Assembly (NCBI GenBank): GCA_034437755.1
Contig: DAOTTV010000078.1
Coordinates: 1 to 64,000 of the forward strand
Length of the DNA: 64,000 bases
DNA from: Anaerolineae bacterium
GTDB lineage: Bacteria; Chloroflexota; Anaerolineae; Aggregatilineales; Phototrophicaceae
Direction of reading: 5' to 3'
Shown in pieces: positions 58,693-64,000 of this stretch. The position numbers and the translations under genes were made by a program. Positions within the stretch are counted from its first letter, which is position 1, and each line of letters begins with the position of its first letter. The notes under the pieces were generated by a model. It made no database searches. It was not told where the DNA came from and saw nothing but the letters and a program-made list of their open reading frames with translations.

Positions 58693-61251
58693 ATGTTCCG
58701 AGCAAATTGGCGCTACGACAAGCGTATCATCTTGGCCGGCTTTGCGGGGATCAGTGTCCTGATCTTACTCGCGTTCTTCAGTGTTGCTTACATCGGCGCG
58801 GAGGGTCGCCTGTTGATGCCGCTGGACGATGTGTACATTCATTTTCAGTATGCCCGCCAGCTCGCCAGCGGGCAAGCATACGTCTATAATCCGGGGCAAG
58901 CGCCCACCTCCGGCGCGACGAGCTTTCTCTATCCCTATGTGCTGGCGGCAGGTTACGTGATCGGCTTTCGTGGTTTATGGCTGGGCTTGTGGGCCATGCT
59001 CATCGGCGCACTTGCCCTATTCGCCGCCCTGATCGCGGTTTACCGCCTGTGCCAAGCCATGAAAGCCCCGCAGTGGCTGGCACTCCTGACGACGATCACA
59101 TTTGCACTCAGCGGCTCGATTGCATGGCATTTCATGTCTGGTATGGAAACGGGCGTGATGATCGCGCTCTCGCTCTGGACGTTGCTCTTCGTCGTCGAGA
59201 AGCGGTTGATGCCTTTCGTCGTCGTCGCCACGTTACTCACACTCACCCGCCCTGAAGGCGGACTGATGGCAGGGGTTGCATCAGTCACCTTGCTCTTGCG
59301 CTTGTGGGGAACAGCCCGCACCGACACGCAACAGATGCGCCCTCGCTGGCAGTGGCTCGCCCTCGCCCTGCCAATCCTCGCGCTCGGCATACAACCGATT
59401 GTGAACGGGCTGATCACTGGCTCAACAGTTGCGACGGGCAATCAAGCCAAGTCGATCCTCGCCACAGTGCCGCCGGATTGGGGCGTGATTATCACGCGCA
59501 TTCGCGATAATTACGTCCGTATGTGGCGCGAGTGGTTGACCGGCACCGCCCCCGCCGAAGGCTTGTATCTACCGCCCCTGCTGAGCAGTATCGCGTGGGT
59601 GACGGCGCTGGGCTTACTCTTCAAGCGGGGGTGGCGGCTCATCGGGCTGATGTTGATTGGCTGGTGGGTGGGCATCGCTGGCGCGATCGCCACGCTGGAC
59701 ACCGCATTCTGGCACTTCAAGCGCTATCAGATGCCCTTGATGGCGCTCTTTGTGCCGGTGGCGGCGTGGGGCTTGACGTGGCTCTGGCAAGGGATGCACA
59801 AGCGTAAGCCGACACGATCGATGTTGCTTGTGCGCTACGGGATATACGGGTATGCGGGCGTGCTGATGCCGATCATCGCGGGGGCATTGCTCGTGCAATA
59901 TCTCGGTTATTATCACCTGAACGTGACGTATGTCTATCAGCAACCGTACCAGATGGCGCAGTGGATACAGGACAACACGCCTACTGATGCAGTGATTGCC
60001 GTACACGATGTCGGCTTGATGCGCTATACCGGCGGGCGCACGACACTTGATATGGTCGGGCTGACGACCCCGACAGCGGCGGCGTATTGGCGCAACGGCC
60101 CCGGTAGCGTGGCGGAATACCTGATGGCTGAACAGCCGGATTACATCGCGAGTTATGGTTACGGTCACGGCTACGGACTCGCCTATCTGGCTGACACGGC
60201 GCTATATGGTCAAGCTCTTGCAGAATTTCACATTGATGATTGGCAGAGAGCGTCTAACGTAGCCCTCGCCGCCGATACACAGGGCATCTATGCGCCGGAT
60301 TGGGATCAGATTTTATTCAACGGACTGGCGAATGACCGTGAGCGGACGGTGCAAGCGGATTTGACCTCACCCTATGCTAACAATCCTGATAACGCGCCGT
60401 TGTTCACGCTCGATGTCGGCAACATTGCTAGCGAACACGCCGGCGCGTATGAGTGGCACGCGACCTATGACGGGCAATCGGTTTTCATCTCAGAAGTGCG
60501 CGATTTTCAGGATGGTGATGCTGGCGTTATCGATAGCTATCGCCTGATTGACGCATACGAACAGTTCACCGTTCGCGTTTCTGCGCCGCCGCCTGACGAT
60601 GCACTCGTGTTGATCACGCGCTTGCACGCCTCAGCGCGTGGCACACTCGACATTTATGCTGATGGCGAGCCAATCGACACGCAATGGATTCCGGAGATGC
60701 CCGGCACATGGGTCACAATCAGCACCCGCATCCCGACAATACACCTGCATAACGGTGCTGTGACAGTGCGTATCGTGCCGCAAATCGCAGACGGGTATTA
60801 TATGCCAGCCCAGCACGTCATACGCCTGCAAGATAAGCCGCAGTGTTGCCAGCAAACGCGCACCCATTATCAAGACAACACGGTTCGTCTGACGGATTAC
60901 AGAGTGCAGACGATCGACGGGCGTTTACACGTCCAGACGACATGGCAGGCAAGTGGCGACAACTACGGCGATTACCGTGCCTTTTTGCATCTCTACGACG
61001 ACCGCGACCAGCCACCGATCGCCCAGTGGGACGGGTATATTGGTGGTATGCCGATTGGTAATTGGATAGAGGGGTCGTTTACAGGTACAATGATAATCGA
61101 CCTAACAACCGTACCCGGTGGCACATATCCGATGGCAATTGGCTTCTACAATCCGACTGATCCAACTGACCGACTTATCGCGACGAGTGACGCACTGGAC
61201 GTAAGCGCCGATGGTCGGCTGTGGATGACAAACGTTAGGATACTGGACTGA
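58693..61251 (+). CDS. Large polytopic membrane protein, a putative GT-C fold glycosyltransferase with a C-terminal extracytoplasmic domain.
   Basis: At least 12 predicted TM helices in the first ~430 aa, with a DD/DExY-like motif in the first loop (PLDDVYIHFQYA) as in ArnT/PMT-type GT-C enzymes. A ~400-aa soluble C-terminal domain follows. Confidence 0.5.
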   Translation: MFRANWRYDKRIILAGFAGISVLILLAFFSVAYIGAEGRLLMPLDDVYIHFQYARQLASGQAYVYNPGQAPTSGATSFLYPYVLAAGYVIGFRGLWLGLWAMLIGALALFAALIAVYRLCQAMKAPQWLALLTTITFALSGSIAWHFMSGMETGVMIALSLWTLLFVVEKRLMPFVVVATLLTLTRPEGGLMAGVASVTLLLRLWGTARTDTQQMRPRWQWLALALPILALGIQPIVNGLITGSTVATGNQAKSILATVPPDWGVIITRIRDNYVRMWREWLTGTAPAEGLYLPPLLSSIAWVTALGLLFKRGWRLIGLMLIGWWVGIAGAIATLDTAFWHFKRYQMPLMALFVPVAAWGLTWLWQGMHKRKPTRSMLLVRYGIYGYAGVLMPIIAGALLVQYLGYYHLNVTYVYQQPYQMAQWIQDNTPTDAVIAVHDVGLMRYTGGRTTLDMVGLTTPTAAAYWRNGPGSVAEYLMAEQPDYIASYGYGHGYGLAYLADTALYGQALAEFHIDDWQRASNVALAADTQGIYAPDWDQILFNGLANDRERTVQADLTSPYANNPDNAPLFTLDVGNIASEHAGAYEWHATYDGQSVFISEVRDFQDGDAGVIDSYRLIDAYEQFTVRVSAPPPDDALVLITRLHASARGTLDIYADGEPIDTQWIPEMPGTWVTISTRIPTIHLHNGAVTVRIVPQIADGYYMPAQHVIRLQDKPQCCQQTRTHYQDNTVRLTDYRVQTIDGRLHVQTTWQASGDNYGDYRAFLHLYDDRDQPPIAQWDGYIGGMPIGNWIEGSFTGTMIIDLTTVPGGTYPMAIGFYNPTDPTDRLIATSDALDVSADGRLWMTNVRILD

Positions 61252-62105
61252 TGGCAGATGATCACCGCGTTGTATACGAAGCACTGGTACAAGCGACCGA
61301 AAACGGCACCCCGTCAGCGCTCGCGACCGTGATTAGCACCACCGGCTCGATGCCGCGCCACGCTGGCAGTAAGATGCTCGTCTACGAAAGTGGCGCGATT
61401 GTCGGCACGGTGGGCGGTGGCGCGATGGAAGCTGACGTGATCGCCACTGCACAGGACGTTATACAGGCGCAACAGGCACAGACCGAAACCTATCGGCTCA
61501 ACAGTTTATCAGCGGGTGACCCCGGCATCTGTGGTGGCACAGCGACAATCTTCATTGAACCGGTCGCCATCGCGCCGACGTTGCTGGTGGTCGGTGGCGG
61601 GCATGTGGGCAAAGCACTGGCGGAACTGGGCAAGTGGATGGGGTATCGCGTGATTCTAGCGGACGATCGACCGGAGTTTTGTCATGCCGATTATGTACCG
61701 GGACTGGATCACTATCTCGTCAGCGCTCCCGCAGACATTCCCGAACAGGTCACGATCACATCGCAGACGTACATCGCGGCGGTGACGCGCGGCTTGCCCG
61801 TCGATCAAACGCTGATTCCGGCTTTACTGGCAACCCCTGCCGCTTACATCGGGCTGATTGGCAGTCAGCGGCGATGGACACTGACGGTGAAACATCTGCG
61901 CGAGCAAGCCGGTCTATCTGACGCGCAATTGGCGCGGGTGCGCGCACCGATCGGACTAGAACTAGAAGCGGAGACGCCGAAAGAGATCGCGCTCAGCATC
62001 CTGGCAGAAATTGTCATGATCCGGCGCGGCGGCACCGGTCAGCCGATGCAATGGTTAGGTGATGTTGAAGCCGCATCATCATCCGCATCAGACGAAACAT
62101 CATAG
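61251..62105 (+). CDS. XdhC/CoxI-family molybdenum hydroxylase accessory protein.
   Basis: XdhC_CoxI N-terminal domain (ALATVISTTGSMPRHAGSKMLV) and Rossmann-like C-terminal domain (LLVVGGGHVGKALAEL). Confidence 0.75.
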   Translation: MADDHRVVYEALVQATENGTPSALATVISTTGSMPRHAGSKMLVYESGAIVGTVGGGAMEADVIATAQDVIQAQQAQTETYRLNSLSAGDPGICGGTATIFIEPVAIAPTLLVVGGGHVGKALAELGKWMGYRVILADDRPEFCHADYVPGLDHYLVSAPADIPEQVTITSQTYIAAVTRGLPVDQTLIPALLATPAAYIGLIGSQRRWTLTVKHLREQAGLSDAQLARVRAPIGLELEAETPKEIALSILAEIVMIRRGGTGQPMQWLGDVEAASSSASDETS

Positions 62106-62781
62106 CGAACGGTCACTCAATCAGACATGCGGTCATTCAGGAATTGTCGTGGTTAAATTATTGGTAGTCAGCGATACGGTGATGGCACCGCTGGAAAATA
62201 CCGCCAATCTGCGGCGACGATATAGAGATATTGATGTCATTGTCAGTTGTGGCGATATGCCGGGGACGTATCTCGATTTTATCTCGACTATTTTAGGCAG
62301 GCCCTTATTGTATGTGCGCGGGAATCACGATGAGATGTATGATACGACCCCGCCGGGTGGCACTAATCTACATGAGAATTACATCGAGTTTATGGGAGTA
62401 AGGTTCATTGGATTAGAGGGATCAATCCGCTATAATCGGGGAAAGATTCAATATACGCAGATGGAAATGCGGGCAAAAGTGTTGCGGCTTGCGCCACATT
62501 TGCGCTGGCGGCGCTGGCGCAAAGGGTACGGGGTCGATGTCTTTGTCGCCCATTCGCCCCCGCGCGGTATCCACGATATAGAAGATGATTACCCGCATCG
62601 CGGTTTTGATGCTTTCATCAATTTCATGGATTGGTATCGTCCGCGTTATATGCTACATGGTCATGTTCACACGTGGGATCGACGTAAAGAGACCGACACA
62701 CAATATAAAGCAACCCGCGTGATTAACGTTAATCCGTACATAGTACTTGAAATAGACCCAATAGTAGGTGAAGACTCATAA
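62059..62781 (+). CDS. Calcineurin-like metallophosphoesterase.
   Basis: Motifs LVVSD, GDMPG, GNHD, and GHVH at the C-terminus. The start is uncertain: the track ORF overlaps xdhC by 47 nt, and an in-frame GTG at 62149 is an alternative. Confidence 0.7.
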   Translation: MMLKPHHHPHQTKHHSERSLNQTCGHSGIVVVKLLVVSDTVMAPLENTANLRRRYRDIDVIVSCGDMPGTYLDFISTILGRPLLYVRGNHDEMYDTTPPGGTNLHENYIEFMGVRFIGLEGSIRYNRGKIQYTQMEMRAKVLRLAPHLRWRRWRKGYGVDVFVAHSPPRGIHDIEDDYPHRGFDAFINFMDWYRPRYMLHGHVHTWDRRKETDTQYKATRVINVNPYIVLEIDPIVGEDS

Positions 62782-63206
62782 TGTACACGCCACAAGAAAT
62801 CCAAAAACGCTTGAAAAGCCAGAACGCCGATGAACGGCGCGTCGCGATGGTGATGATCGGCAAAGCACGTCACTATCACATGCTCCAGCAATTAATCGAC
62901 GCGATGTATTATGATCTCGATACCGATGTACGGGCGATGGCGGCGTGGGCAATTGATATGATGGGCAGTGTTGATGCGATTCCGGCGCTGATTGATGCCA
63001 TGTACGATCCATCGTTCAGCGTGCGCTCGAACGCGGGCTGGGCGCTGGTGCATCTGGGTAATCGCTTCATCCCCCAGTTAGTCTTGCCGGAAGTCATCGC
63101 CGTCCTGCGCGATGAAGACCACGCCCCCGCACGGCAGATGGCCTACCTGATTTTATCGCGCATCCACGACCGACAAGCACGCGAAGCCATTGACAATTAC
63201 TGGTAA
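62781..63206 (+). CDS. HEAT-repeat (PBS-lyase-type) protein.
   Basis: Three or four HEAT-like repeats (DTDVRAMAAWAIDMMGSVDAIPALIDAMYDPSFSVRSNAGWALVHLG). Confidence 0.65.
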   Translation: MYTPQEIQKRLKSQNADERRVAMVMIGKARHYHMLQQLIDAMYYDLDTDVRAMAAWAIDMMGSVDAIPALIDAMYDPSFSVRSNAGWALVHLGNRFIPQLVLPEVIAVLRDEDHAPARQMAYLILSRIHDRQAREAIDNYW

Positions 63207-63233
63207 GTTAACATCGGAGACATCACGAGCGCA

Positions 63234-64000
63234 TGTGGACTCAATATTATAGTGTGAGCACAATCGACGAAGCTCTTGCCCGACTGGCAGAATACGGCGA
63301 CCGCGCCCGTATCATTGCCGGCGGGACAGATATTTTAATTGAACTGGAACAGGGTAAACGTCCTGATGTTGCAGCCTTGATCGACATCACGCGCATCCCC
63401 CAGCTTGATAATATTCGCATAGATGATGGCATGGTGACGATCGGCGCGCTGGTCAATCACAATCATATTGTCGATAGCGAGATTATCCGCCAGCACGCCT
63501 TACCACTGGCACAAGCCTCGTGGGAAGTCGGCGCGCCCCAGATTCGCAATCGAGCGACAGTTGCCGGCAATCTGATCACCGCTTCGCCGGCTAACGATAC
63601 GATCGTGCCGTTGATGGCGCTCTCGGCAGAAGTCGTCTTACAATCCGTCGCTGGCGAGCGCGTCGTGCCACTGAGCGATTTCTACAGTGGTTTTCGGCAA
63701 TCTGTCATGCGCCCCGATGAAATGCTAACAGCGATTCGTTTTCCGGCCCTAGCTAGTAACCAGCGCGGTATGTTCATCAAGCTGGGGCTACGCCGCGCAC
63801 AGGCGATTTCGGTCGTCAACACAGCTGTTGTTATCACGCTCGATGTCGATCAGCGCGTGACGCACGCCGCTATTGCGCTGGGGAGTGTCGCGGCGACGAT
63901 CATCCGTGTGCCTGCCGCCGAAGAAGCCCTGATCGGTCAGCACTTGACTGCTGATGTGATCGCACAGGTCGCACGCCTTGCCGGTGATACCCCCACGCCC
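63234..64000 (+). CDS. Molybdenum-hydroxylase FAD-binding (medium) subunit, CoxM/XdhB-like; N-terminal part, the gene runs off the window end.
   Basis: Open frame from ATG 63234 to the window end. FAD-binding PCMH-type motifs (ARIIAGGTDILIE, ATVAGNLITASPANDT). It is not in the ORF track because no stop lies within the window. Confidence 0.75.

Overview
This 64 kb window of high-GC chromosomal DNA is mostly housekeeping and metabolic genes. The gene content (F420 cofactor genes, bacterial MVP homolog, long HlyD adaptors, acidic-tailed trigger factor) suggests a Chloroflexota-like bacterium, but that is a low-confidence inference. In order it encodes the distal F1 part of the ATP synthase operon (atpA C-terminus, atpG, atpD, atpC), mreB, the redox repressor rex with a Rex box, a MacAB-like efflux operon (two HlyD adaptors, an ATPase, two FtsX-type permeases), tRNA-Leu(UAG), tig-clpP-clpX, glgB, dinB, typA, a secreted M23 peptidase, a bacterial major-vault-protein (MVP)/SPFH homolog, three secreted multi-domain solute-binding proteins (one ending in a vWA domain), a CoA transferase, a Suv3-like helicase, proline dehydrogenase, gmk, folD, a nucleobase deaminase/NUDIX cluster, the base-repair glycosylase gene mug, a coenzyme F420 biosynthesis cluster (npdG-cofE-nitroreductase-cofD-cofC-LLM), a large GT-C-like membrane protein, and the start of a molybdenum-hydroxylase locus (xdhC ... 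coxM-like). The clearest undescribed signals are two small non-autonomous element families. Each has two copies bounded by terminal inverted repeats and perfect or near-perfect 8-bp target-site duplications. Family 1 is 165 bp. Family 2 is 138/184 bp, has ISL3-like GGCTCTTT ends, and sits directly in front of both folD and the F420 operon. Other unusual items are an orphan cluster of fused solute-binding/vWA exoproteins with no transporter, a compact bacterial MVP homolog, an ATP synthase gamma subunit with a C-terminal HhH extension, a Suv3-like helicase with an HTH and a basic tail, and an F420 cluster with a stand-alone FbiB-C-like nitroreductase. No CRISPR arrays, rRNA genes, integrases or obvious defence islands were seen. 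All calls are from reading the sequence and ORF translations; no database search was possible.
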